A stretch of 64,000 bases of DNA from Leucoraja ocellata (taxonomy: Eukaryota). The position numbers and the translations under genes were made by a program. Within the stretch, counting starts at the first letter, position 1. Each line of letters opens with the position of its first letter. Positions 50,959 through 64,000 of the stretch are shown here, one piece after another. The notes below the pieces were generated by a model. That model saw nothing but the letters and a program-made list of their open reading frames with translations, had not been told where the DNA came from and did not search any database. The stretch covers positions 1,550,001 to 1,614,000 of the forward strand of contig JAWMAR010000255.1 of the NCBI GenBank assembly GCA_036785375.1, given 5' to 3'.

Positions 50959-52631
50959 TCAAATGAAACATCCCCAATTGGAAAGACTGTGCGGAAATGT
51001 GCTTGACAAAAATGATTCGCCTTTGGGTTTGAATGATGTTATTATGCGGCCACTTGGTTTACATTGGCCGGGTTCATTTCTCGAAATGTGAAGCCACGAT
51101 TAGAAGGTTCCCAGCTGATTGTAACGTTGGACCTCGCACTAACGCAGTGGCAGACTGGAGATAAATAATCTATTTGGACTTTCAGAATGAGCATGTGTAC
51201 TAAATGCATCTACTCGAATGAATTTTTGAAATTAAATATACCAAATAAAATGGTCAGTGGTTTTATCAACCAATATATCCCTCCCTTCTAAGTCACCGCT
51301 GTGTAGAAACGTGTTTTTAATAAAGTCCTAACCCATTTGCTTATGTTTAAGGGGAATACACTTTCTTTTTTTTTTAAATAGTCATTGCAACTAGGGATCG
51401 AAAATCACCCTTCTGAACTTTTGTTTATCGACAATTCCTGGGCGGCGGAACCAAGAGGTGTGAATCACTCAGAAGTATTGCTAAACGCGGAGGAACAATG
51501 CAACATTACATTTATTAGCATTTAAATGGTTTTCGAGAGATATGCAAACCGCCTTGAAATCGGAAGGATTGCTACTCCAAGGAAATAAATTTCCCAGTTG
51601 AAATCCAAGCTAAAGACACGTCTAGCACATATGATTAACCGTACACTTGAGCGAACAATAGGCCCACATCCTTCCACCACTCTGGATCAAGTCATTATAG
51701 AGCATGTTTATTTTAAATAACTTATTAATTAATTACCGCTTTTGTTTATCTCTCTCTCCCTTTTGAAGAACCAGCGATTTAGAAAAATAAAAACATGATT
51801 GAAAATAATGAATGGCGCGCGATGGAGAATGGAAGAATTCCTCAGCTGCCTCGTTTCACACACAACAACTTACTCTTTCTCTGTCCTTACATTGCATGTT
51901 GACCTATATTCAAAGTTTATGGTGCAAACACAGGCCACTACTGATGACATAATTCCATACGCTGGAGAGAAATATTATGCAATGCGACATAATTTGCAAG
52001 TCATACATGCCGTCTCCAGAAGACTTTTCTGCTTCCTACCCGTTATATCTTTATGCATTTTAAATCTGTGACCCAAGGCAAAAACCTTAATCTTAATCTT
52101 AAAATGTTTTCATGTGTTTTTTTTATAGGCTAGGGACCTGTAATTCATTCGCTTTCTGGATGAAATGCACTGCCCAGAATTTGTGAAATGTTGTTTTCCT
52201 GAGAATCAGAACAGCAGGAATTTTACTCATGTTAGATTTTTTTAAACATAAGCGATTGAAGTGGTTTACTTTTAAAACGTGTCAGATATTTTACGTCGGT
52301 TATTATTTTACTGAACTTTCACAATTAAAAAAAAATCTGGAATTAAAACTATTGCTCGCATTGTTATAGGTTGCAGCAGCGAGATTTTTCAAATGGTTTA
52401 GAAAGTTCAAAAAATAATAATTTAAAATTTCGAAACGCTATCAATAAAAAAATATATATTTTTCGGTAACAGACACATTATGGTAGTGATTCTGTGAGCG
52501 GTTGAAATATCCGCTGAGAAGAGAATAGCCTGACTGGTGGGTAGCGAGGGAGGGACTGTCTCCTCCCGCGTTAACGTGGAGCGCGGAGCCGGCGTTTGTG
52601 GTGGGAGAGAGACTGAAAGTTTGGAACTTAC

Positions 52632-53640
52632 CTGTGTGGGTGCGTTTGTGGATTTTTAAGTTCTCTGACCTGGCGAAAACTTTGCCGCAGCCGGGAAACG
52701 GGCAGGGGAACGGCTTCTCGCCGGTGTGAACCCTGATGTGATTCACCAATTTGTATTTGGCTTTGAAAGGCTTGCCTTCCCGGACGCACTCTTCCCAGAA
52801 GCAGATGTGGTTGGTCTGCTCCGGACCTCCGACATGCTCCACCGAAACGTGGGTGACCAACTCGTGCATAGTGCTGAAGGTTTTGTTGCAGGACTTTTTG
52901 GGGTTGGCCAGTTGCTCGGGATCGACCCACTTACAGATGAGTTCCTGCTTGATGGGTTGCCGCATGTATCGGAAGAAGGCTCCTGCACCGCGATGCGTTG
53001 CCATATTCATACCCATGTTCATATTCATCTGTCCATAATTGTGGTGGTGGTGGTGCACCTGGGCAGCCGAGAAGGGGTCAGTCCTGGGACACTGGTCCGA
53101 GCGCCCGAATACTTCACCGGCCAGCCCCAAGCGCATTTGGCCGTTCAGGACGTGCGCGTTTGGAGACGGATGCGATGCTCCTTGTTCGTGGATGCCGGGG
53201 AACAGAATATGTGCCGAGGTGTCCGAATGTGGGTGATGTAAGCCCCCTGGGCTCGGTCCGAAGATACCGTGCTGGCCGGAGCCCGGGCTCGAGTCGGTGT
53301 AGCCGCGGCTGCGGAAGATAAAGTCCCGCGTGGAGTTGAAAGCGGCGCCCGAGTAGGAGCCGACATGAGCGGCGTGGGGAGCTAAAGCGGACGGGTATCC
53401 CGGGCCGGCCGCCGCTTGTGCGCTGAAAGCCGAGGTCTGGGCAGCGGACGGGTCGTGGTGGACGCCGGCATTCAGCTTGAAGGCGCCCATGTGCGCCGAG
53501 TCGACAAAGGTGTTCTGAGACATGGCCAGATCCCGGTCGGACATGTCGGCGGTGGCGTGGTGGTGGTGGTGGTGGTGGTGGTGCCTCGCGAAGGTGCCCA
53601 CCCCGAGGGTGGGGAACTGCGGTCCCGCATCCAGCAGCAT
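52632..53640 (-). CDS. ZIC2: Zic2 exon 1 (copy B)
   Basis: Protein identical to copy A. One synonymous change seen (Asp GAT/GAC, about 3894 vs 53452). Confidence 0.95.
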
Positions 53641-56600
53641 TCCCCTGAAAGCGGGGAGCAAACAAACAAATCTCTTACTCCACAACCCACCCCTAGCAAA
53701 CACACACACAAACACACACAAACACACACACACGCACACACACGCACAGGTCAGTAGCAGCAGCAACTTCAGAGACGCCTTGATGTTGTCAGTGTTTACG
53801 GTGGTTTTCTAAAGGAATCAGAACGCACCAGTCCATGAATCACAAATCCAGCCCAACGATTCGCCCCTTCCCAACTGCCTTCTTTTTTTTTGGCAAGTAA
53901 AAAAAAGCTTCGAGAAAAACGATCGAGCCAAATTATCGCGTGCAACTTTTTTGATGTCCTTGAAACAGTTTGTTTTTATTGCGATCACATTGAAGTTTGT
54001 TTTCTTCTGTGCTAAGAATTTCCCACGGAGAAAACGCATTTGAACGCTCTTGCTGTCTGTTTCTCTGTTTCTCTCTCTCTCTGTCTCTCTCTCCCTCTCT
54101 CTCTCTGTCGGCAGATGCGTTGTTGCCAGTGATAGCGATAATCAGAATGGCAGATAAATAAGGAGTAGAGATAAGAGAATCCTGAGGATAAATGCGTGGG
54201 GAGGGGTTAGGGGGGGAGGGGGGCCTTAAGTTGGTTCCGTGCCTGTCATATGATGCAGAGATCGGCTGCTGGCTGGAGTGACGGCGCTTCTCCCAACACC
54301 CCTTTTAAACAGGACAGCGGCCACTCTATAATGGCTTTTCATTGGACAACTCCGCCTCATCCATTCCAGGTAGCTTGCTCCAAACGCGTCGCCATTTTTC
54401 ATTAATTACGCCTACTTTGATTTGTGTTTTCTCTCTCTCTCTCGCTCTCTCTCTCCGAGATCGGCCATTACTGCACCACTTCTGTCCCCCGCCAATACAA
54501 CCGGTGAAGCACCAGCCTCGCGTTTTTCACTGCATAGCAATAAAAAGTTAATCGAAATCTGTTGTAATGACTTGTGAGCAAATTGTGGGAGTTGGGGCGG
54601 CGGGGAGAGGGCGTGGGGGCGAAACCAATGTCCACAGTATTATACGCGTTTCATACCCCCCTAGTGCATAACTGGTGCCTTTTACATGTAAATATGTAAC
54701 ATGTTATAAATCAGACAACTTTTTCAGGAACTTGTCGATTGAAAGGTTTGGGGGCATTACAACAGCGAGACGGACAAATCCGCTTCTGATCAGATTCTAG
54801 TTGTGAGACTCGGCTTGTGAGCCAAGGCAACGGTCTAATCCGATTCGACACCTATTAAATTGCACACCATATTATTTTTTTTCAGTGAAATACGTTCCAC
54901 GATTTAAGTTCGATTTATTTTACGTTCGATTTTGGAGGGAGCGGATTGTGAAATGAAATGGGAGCAGAAATGAAACTCCCCATCGATGCACGGGCAGTGT
55001 ATTTACGTCTTGTCACGGGCGGAACACGCCATGATTTCTGTTTGGGAAATCGAGGCCAGTGTAGTGGAGGAAGACTCTGCATTCAAGGGCAAGTCTGGAA
55101 TGAGAAAACGAAAACCAAAGCAACATAACGGAAACAGCCCCCACCACCCCCTCCTCTTTCAACCCTGCTCCACCTCTCCTCTCGTCCCCCTAAACCACAC
55201 AGTTAATTAAAAAAAATCCAATGTTACGCTTTTTACTGACCTTTTATTGTTCAGAAACGCCAATACTATAATATGCCATGAACAAATATATAAACTGATG
55301 CAACACCGGAAGGATTTTGGGGAAAAAATGAATACTGCAATGAATTTAATGAATGTGCAAATAATGTATGGCATCCTGCTTGTTTGCAACAGAGCTTCTT
55401 ACAGCTTTTTTTTAGTGGTCTGGGTTTTTTTTTAACAAAGAACTTTTGGTGTTGGTTTAATTCACTAATTCCTGTCTAAAGCGGCGCAGCTTCGTGCTCA
55501 CCGCTATTCTTTCACTCCTCCAGGGCTGGACTCTGCAGGGACTACAGGAGCCGATCCAAGTTCAAAGTCACGTTTGCCGACTTTATTATTTCTCTGCAAA
55601 CCGCCCCTTCCACCCAAAAAAAACCCTCTACCCTTGGTCACTGAGGTTGCGAGAGAGAGAGAGAGAGAGAGAGAGATACAGACTGACAGAGAAAGAGACA
55701 GAGACAGAGACAGAGAGGGAAATGCAGAAATTCAATTGCATTTCGGTACCATGGTAGCAGAATGCAGACAGAAGCTGGAGGTGGACAGTGAGAAGGGCCA
55801 GCGGCGGCTAATTTATCAATTTAATGGTACTTCAACAGGTTTCAATAGGTAAGCAATGAACTTACTATATGAGAATGGTGCTGTAAGGCTACGGAGAATG
55901 TCTTTATCCACTTAGCCAAATCCAGAATCGGCTCTCGCCTTTATAGCGACAGCACTTCTTTTGTTACCGAGCAGGCTTGTTTTAATAACTGCCAACAGTG
56001 AAGCCCATACAATATCCTCTTTCATCCATATCAACCTTGTCACATATTTCAATCTATTTTTGAATAAAGTTAGTGAAAGTGCGCCGGAGAACTCAACGCT
56101 GTATTCATGACAAGTAAATGTGATCGTTTTTTTTTTGTTTGGGCGGGGGGAGGGGGGGGGGGGGGGGGGGGCGATTAGGATCTGGGTTGGGATGTAGAGA
56201 GAACTTTTACAGCAATCAACGCTCGACAATGTTCCCGTTTCAGCTACTGCTTAGAGGATTCTGTACGGTCGTTTGTTTTGCGTTTTGTTAGTTATGAAAA
56301 TCCCTTGAGCACAACAGAAATATATTTTCTAAAAATATAGTTCTTCGACAGCATTTAAATGGTCGGCAAGACAGAACGCATTGGGATCGGGTGGGTGCGG
56401 GGAGAAATAGTCACCTTTCCTTCTTATTCATTGTTTTGAATAAACAATTAAACCTTCTAGGTTATTGGGTGCAGTGAATAACCGAATGACATACATTTTT
56501 TTAAACCTTTATTTTGATTCCGGCGATTACGTTAGGGAATATATATATATATATGTAATGCTATGGAATGATAATATATATATCATTCCATAGCCTTTAT

Positions 56601-59600
56601 AAAACACCGAAAATGCATCAAATGTATATGTGCAAATTACACACGACTATCCAAATTATTAGATGTCTAAGCATTATGGAATCATAAATATGATTATTTC
56701 GAGTCGAGTATAGATGTAATCGCTTTGACTCCTACATAAACATTGGTCGTGTTCGGGGCTATTTAACTTGAAGCAGTGATCTTTTTTAAAATAAAATTGC
56801 ACCTCGTCAAATAAATTCAGCTATATTGAATGTAAGGAATGTTAGAAACTGCTGAAATCAAATTTTATATCAGGAAACTCCCCTCGCGATATTATCTGTC
56901 AATAACGCGATTGAGCTTTAATCCAATTGAGCTAATCAAGGGACTATTACTTTTCAAATTGCAGTTGCTCTTGCTTACTTTCGCTGTGACCTGACGTAAA
57001 GCTTCAATGGTATATACATTCCTTCCTTGAAAGCAAAATATATATTTTTTAAACATAGGAATTCAATGGAAATAGTTTATGAAAAAATGTATTTTGTTGA
57101 ACACATGCAACCCTTCATTGTCATTTGATTTAAGTTAGTTTTTGAGTATTTCTTAACATAAATCAATTTTGTGTTCTGGCAATTGTATGTCTCGCGAGAT
57201 ACAAATCGTGCAATGCATATATATTATTGTGCGAATTTGCTTGTGAGACGGCAGGAGGAAGTGTGTGTGTTTTGCCTGCTGATATGGAACGGCGCAGACA
57301 ACTTTGAACAAATGCAGTGTTGTTAATTTGATCTATACATCAAAGAGAGTAGATTACAGTATGTATGGCTGTGTTAGTCGTGGGAACATTCTAGGAACAC
57401 AGCTGAATGAACCCACTTACTGGTTTGTGGAATACAGTTCCACACGTTAATATTAGTGACTGGGAACAGGAACTCGCTGAATTTGGATTGAGATTAATCA
57501 TGTGTCCAGCTAAGGACTGAGAAGTTTTATGTACTTAAGCAACTAACCAGAGAAAACCACGCATTCTAAGTATGTACTGTGCTTATAAAGGTTATTTTAG
57601 ATGCCACAACCGTGAACAGCTAAGGCCTGTTGCTTTCAGTCAAGCCGCGCACATGCTAGGAAATGCATATGTACATTACAGAACTGCAATATTGGAGCTT
57701 CCTCGACCTTTAGCGAAGCTTCCAAAAACATTTTACGATAGCATATTAAAGAAAGACAAACCGAAGTGACATGTGTTATCAGTTTACGAGATGGCGACCT
57801 ATGATTGTTATTCCATAAATTATATCTGCAGTTAACCCCTGTAAAGTCTGTCCTGTTTTAAAACACATTAGTGCTGTAATTTATATCGGAGGCAAGCTGT
57901 GGGTGTTCTGCACCTTCTTGTTATCAGTATCTCAATCACATTCACATGAATCGTCCGACTACCGTGTGAAGGTAAAGGCTGCATGTGGCAAACGTGGGTC
58001 CTATTTTTTTTATTTGGAACAGCAGCTCACAAGTTCTTGCCATCAATTGATCGTTATTCACGAATGGGGGAGAAAAAAAAGAGGAAGAAACGCGACGGGC
58101 GAGCACGAGATTGAAAAAATATGGTGGGGTGACAAATAGCAGAAAAAAACCCCAATAAAATAATGGATTTGTGAAAGGCATTTAAATCACCTGTACATTG
58201 ACCTTAGTGATCATCGCGACAATAAGAGCAAATTGTTAATGTTTACAAAAAATATATGGCGGATGAACAATGCAATAATGCAGTGTTTAATCAAAACACA
58301 AATTAAGTTATAAGAAAGGCACAATGTTACATGTTGTCAATCCTTTGAAATAATCAATAAATTGCCAAGGAATCTCTTTCGCTATAATTTGCTGAAATTT
58401 TTTTAGCATAAATTTTCATGGGCGAAAATGTCAAATTTGAAGGGAAAACGTAAAATTAATTCTCGCAAGGTCGGTTATATATATATTGCCATGTGCTTAA
58501 AGTAGTATAAGGTTTAGAGTACATGTTAATGTCTAAGGTTTAGAATTAATGTACGTGTACATGTCTAAGGTTTAGAATTCATGCCTTCGGCTTGCTACAT
58601 CGATATCGCTGCTAACCTGTTTTTACCAAAGATTCCGCTTTTTAAAAAAAAAATCCTTAAAGGTTTAACCAACATTTAAGCAAAATGAAAGCTGGCTCTA
58701 CTGGCTGCTGTAGTAAGGTTAATTATGTCGTTTTCATCAGGGTAATATGACAATAATCCTGAATTTTGTGATTAACATGATTGNNNNNNNNNNNNNNNNN
58801 NNNNNNNNNNNNNNNNNNNNNNNNNNNNNNNNNNNNNNNNNNNNNNNNNNNNNNNNNNNNNNNNNNNNNNNNNNNNNNNNNNNNNNNNNNNNNNNNNNNN
58901 NNNNNNNNNNNNNNNNNNNNNNNNNNNNNNNNNNNNNNNNNNNNNNNNNNNNNNNNNNNNNNNNNNNNNNNNNNNNNNNNNNNNNNNNNNNNNNNNNNNN
59001 NNNNNNNNNNNNNNNNNNNNGCACATGCTGACGGAAAACTTGAAAGTCCCATACTCACATCTGCATAACCTGTTTGGGTCTGTGACTATCCAAAAGATCA
59101 CAAACACAAGACCTCTCTCTATTCGCACTCTTTCATATTGGCCTGAATAAGTAGAAACACATTATAAACAACGTGTTAAACCGCTAGGAAGTGTTGAATC
59201 AAGTTTTACTGATAGTCTATTAATTACCCCATCCATTGAAAAGAAACATGTATCTGTTCAATAATTAAGGGCGTGCACTCAAGCGTGTGGGGATTTTATG
59301 TGAATCCGGCCTTACAAGGCATGAGGTAATGGAGCGGCGGATTGCTATAAGGACATGGCTTGTATGATGTGGCAATTGACAGACAACATGGCTTTGTAGG
59401 CAAGTTGTTGTGGTTTACCACCAGCAAGTACTAGAAAGGGACGAAGAACAATACTAAACACACACGACAATGCTTTCAGAACGTTGCATTCGGCCTGGCT
59501 CCACGCACCTGCATTTATCGTCTGCAGAGTAATATTATAGTTGCTTCTGAAACGACGAACTACCTTTCAGTCTACCTTTGTTTTCTCCTCAGTCGTATAT

Positions 59601-62600
59601 ATCTGTGTCCTTCTGGAATGCAAAATCTCCTTTACCCACCCATCGAATATCTTGCATTTTCATTCGGTGTTCTGTGGAATCCAACACTTTGTTTCTAAAA
59701 GTTGGCATAATTTTGGCTGCCACTTGCTCTCTTCCATAATTGACGAGTTAGCACGCTACCACTTCTGGATTGTTAAAATGTTATTATAATAATTCCTGTT
59801 TCCTTAATTTACACCCTCGCTTACTATCGTTTGTGTTACACAGGCTGCATTAATCACCACGTTATGATTCCACCAGATCACTTCGCTGTGTTACCTATAC
59901 TCTTACAATGACCATTATTTAGTTACACTACCCTGCTTAATAATTCAAATCACTTTGAATAGTCACCGGCATTCTACCAAATATAATGAACAGCTAAAAT
60001 TAGAATTTTGAACTGGAAGCATAATGATGCTTTAAGAGTAATAAGAGATAATAAAACACCGGGAAATCGGAAGCAATTTCCTTAAAAATAACTAAGCCTG
60101 GAAAAACAGAAACAGGAAACCAATTCATTGCAATTATAACACAAGCACAGTGTTTAATGAGTATTTAGCTTTATGCTTTAGACAGGAGGGAGAGGCGCAA
60201 CGTTGGGCTAAAGGAGCTCAGGAGGAGAAAATTAGTGCCAGATATTTGTTATATTTGAAATGTTTTTCACAATGATTGCGCTGTGAACACAATCCTAATT
60301 TACAAGTATCACCAACTTCTAGTTAAGTTCTTATTTTGTTCTTTTGCATCGGTCGTAGTCCATTAAAAAAAAACAATGCAATCATTTAGGTCATCAAAAT
60401 GTATAAATAGTTTGAATTTAGACACATTCAACTTCTTGAATAAATAAGTGGAAATAAAATCGATTATTGAAGAAGGTGGACATTACGACATTAATCGATG
60501 ACAGATATCATTTTTGAGTTTGCTAGGATGTTACAAAGCGGAGCGCATACCATCTAATACCTCACCCCTGACAACCCAAATCCTAAAAAGCAATGTGTTT
60601 CTATAATCAATAATGATGGCAAACATTTTGAATGGAATAAAAGAAAACCTGGAGAGTGATTGTTTTTAATTGCAGGTAACAAACACTCGTAACGGGATGT
60701 TCCGAGGAAAGTTTGTGATACGTTGAAAAGTGTCCACATGAAAGGAAATTTAAGTAAATTATATTTCCCCGTTGTCTTTGAATTTCACACAGCAATGTGA
60801 AAGTATGATCACACATTTCATAGCACACGTTCTTACCATGTTCCTTGTGGAAATTCTGAATCTCGCAGATGACGAAGGGACGAATAGCTTAAAGGCCAAT
60901 ATCAGGTGGGAGTTCATGTACTCACTTTCATAAATACGGAAAGCTAAATTTGGACAATTCACAAATACATAGAATGGCCAACTAACGCGTTTATGTTAGA
61001 TCATGAAATGAGCCATAACATTTTATGTTACATTACGTAATCAGGTATCACGCTTTATCCCACCTTATTTAGGCAAATGTCGCATTTTACATTAGAAATC
61101 TATACATTGAGTTGTGCGCAGGAGACTGATTATTGGTAAGCAGTCTTTGTGAACTAAAAGTCTATCAGTCGTTTCTACTTACCTGGGATATTGCTAGACA
61201 ATTTAACTGCTTCACCAAAAAATATTAGGGAAACTCCTGGCAACTCCTTTGTAATGTGGTCAACTATTTTTTAGTAATATTTAGCAAAGGTTCTGAATCG
61301 TGCAGTGTATTTATTGTTATTATAAAGGGCAAGCTTGGACATCGTGTATATTTTCATCATAAGTCCCGGTGAAGTGTTGGGCGGGGAAAAAAACTGATGA
61401 ACGACAAGGATTTTTGAAGGACGTCCGCGACGTTTAGCATGGATTGGAATATTAAAATCGGAAGTTATGAAGATGCTTCAGAAAGGTGGTTGAAAGTAAA
61501 TTGCAATGAGTCTTGGGTAGACATGGACATACTACGTGCATAAAATATGTCTTATGTGCAAAATCAAAGAGGTTACGATGCGAAAATTATCAAACACACA
61601 ATTCTACAGTATTGATAAGAATTAGAGACGCGTTAACAAGAAATAGCACTTCGGCAGATGCCTACATATACCTGTAACGTTACATCGGTTGAGTTAATAA
61701 AACAACCAGTCAAAAAGGTCTGAAGATATTGTGGCTTCCTAAGACCATACTGAGAAACCGAATTGATATAGAGAAGTCATACCGAGAAGTCAAAACTCGG
61801 GAAATAAATCTGGTTACATCAATCATTTCCAATATCGTGTTTCATACCCCTCTCGATTCTAATTCAATTTCAAAAAAATAACCTGAATGATTTGGGAATA
61901 GTATTCATATAAAATGTACATGTACAGTATCTAAATATCTAACTTTGATAAAGTGCATCCTTAAACTTAACCAGTGATTTTGTATAATTACGACTTGGAT
62001 ATGATCAATTTACTCAAATTCTAGTCATCGTTTTTTTTGGTAATTTTATTTAACTCGGAATGACTTATTGGGTAGATTGTGTTACATTACGTGTCACAGG
62101 TAGGAAGGTATACTAAATAAGAAAGCAGCGCATTATTGTGTCTGTATATATGTATATTTAGTGTGTATTTATTTTGCGCTAACTTATTTGCTTTCATATA
62201 CCAGATCGCTCGTAAAAAAATCAAATGAACCGTTTGACATTGAGAAGACAAACTAAATATAAGAGAGATTCCTCTCGTTTCTCTAAATGGAAACGTCATT
62301 TCTCAGCATTAGATTGAATACATATTCATTTAGTATTGAACATTGTGTTATAATTCCTAAGCTTTTCAGAACAATTGAACAATAATATGAAATCCACTTT
62401 GTATTATTACATTTGAGAATAATTTATGAATCTTAATAAACCTAAATTATCTGATACTTATATTTTTCAATGTTAAGTTATATCTGCGTTAATCGGAGCC
62501 CACAATACTCGTTTCGCTGTTAAAAATAAAACAGTCGTCAAAATGTATTGGCAAATGAAATTTGAATAAAATATGAAAAAAATCAGAAGTGATACCAAAC

Positions 62601-63614
62601 TGAGGATAGTAATCTTTATCGAGGAGATGTAATGAGTTGCTGATGGCAATGAGACATTAGGCAGACATATTATGATTCAAATGAGAATGTTGTCTCAGAT
62701 AGGTTTAGCGAGATTCAAACTAATGGTTTTTACATAAGCCCCAATTAATAAAACCACAGCAATATTCCATGGAATGTTAGGTGTTATAATGTTATAAAGC
62801 TCCCTTTCATTCATCCTTTAAACCAAAATGAAAAAAAGAACATTCGCGCATTCCTCATTTATGACTTCCGCACAAAGCTTACATTTGTTAAATGCATTTG
62901 TAACCCAATGAAATTTCCTGCTCATCAGTATTAATAACGGTTGAAGATTGATTTTAAATGTGAATTATAAAAGGCGATGCCAAATTTGAAAAAAGTTGCA
63001 TTGAATTTTGCACGTTCCTTCTACAACTGATCCAAAATCTAGACTTTACTTGTAAAACCGTACATGTGTTACCGTCCTATTTTGCTGGTGTGTAAAGAAT
63101 TCTATTAGGGTATCTCTAAATTGATTATTAGTAATCTGTAGTCAAAAGCACAAAGATATACAGTAGCGACGAGTTAAAGCTATATTTACATTCATGTCGA
63201 GTCATTATAGTTTTCCTAAGTTTGAATGTAAAATTAATACAGTGAAATATTTACATTGGAATTTTATAACCAGTTTGGGAATCAATTATTTTAAAATGCT
63301 CCAAGAAAACCACTATTGGTACATGTGATGTGTCATCAGTGCTCAGAGCTAAGAAGCGAATTTAAAAGGTACATGACCACAACCAGTATTTTACATAAAC
63401 CCTCCGGAGAGGGGAGGGGGCGAGCTAATTGCAATCTTTAAAGGCCAGTTATGGAGTTTCCGTGCCATATGAGTTTGACTGAACGGGGGGAGGGGTTTGG
63501 ACGAAAGGGGAGGGGTGGTGGGACGAAGTTTACTTAAGTTTTGGAGTCCAAATATGAGCAGAGCAACACTGTGTGAAGTGCAGGCGGGGAATTGCAGTCG
63601 GGGGTGGAGGGAGG

Positions 63615-63652
<38 letters not shown>

Positions 63653-63654
63653 GG

Positions 63655-64000
63655 GCGGGTCCCGCTGCGCTGATCGCCTGAAAACGGGCGAATTGCCTGA
63701 ACGGCGCATCTGCCAATCACCCCCAAAGTCTCCAATCGCGGCAATGCCATCTCTGAACTATATTTCCCCACTGTGTCACCTAACTGTTCTATGATCTGCC
63801 AATCGCCTGAGAACAGTGTGAGAAAGGCAGACTTAAGAGTGCTTTATATGTATTTAAAAAAAAGTACTTTAACTAGGCTCAATAATTTATTTTCGGGCTT
63901 TGTTTTTTAGTGGGGCGGGGTGGGTGGGGGAAGGGGAGGGGGAAGAGCGAAAGAGAGCGAGAGAGAAAAAAAACCTGTCCCACCAACAAGCGTGGATGGA
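63655..64000 (+). promoter_or_regulatory. Zic5 promoter and 5' UTR (copy B); the window ends about 15 nt before the expected ATG
   Basis: Matches 14050-14396. Confidence 0.6.

Overview
Vertebrate genomic DNA, most likely a cartilaginous fish (skate or ray; inferred from the repeat families). The window holds the head-to-head Zic2 (minus strand, 3 exons, 452 aa) and Zic5 (plus strand, 2 exons, 473 aa) pair. A near-identical second copy of Zic2, the intergenic region and the Zic5 promoter starts at 49557 (offset about 49.56 kb). A CpG island at about 30.6 kb carries an unannotated 20-codon exon that looks like PCCA exon 1, the syntenic neighbour of ZIC2. The join between the two copies appears to be an exactly 200-N gap at 23935-24134, so an uncollapsed haplotype is more likely than a true duplication. 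The 24-42 kb interval is repeat-rich, with CR1, Rex1/Babar, a near-intact Vingi LINE, a four-level nested insertion and a probable Helentron-type element. The most interesting signals are two short non-coding retroelement families with ribozyme motifs. One is a ~138-nt element, flanked by a target-site duplication (TSD), whose 5' end folds as an HDV-like ribozyme and whose 3' end is a Vingi-like (GAA)n tail. The other is a family of about a dozen Penelope-like inverted-repeat-plus-tail elements centred on a minimal hammerhead motif. All family assignments come from recognised motifs; no database search was run.
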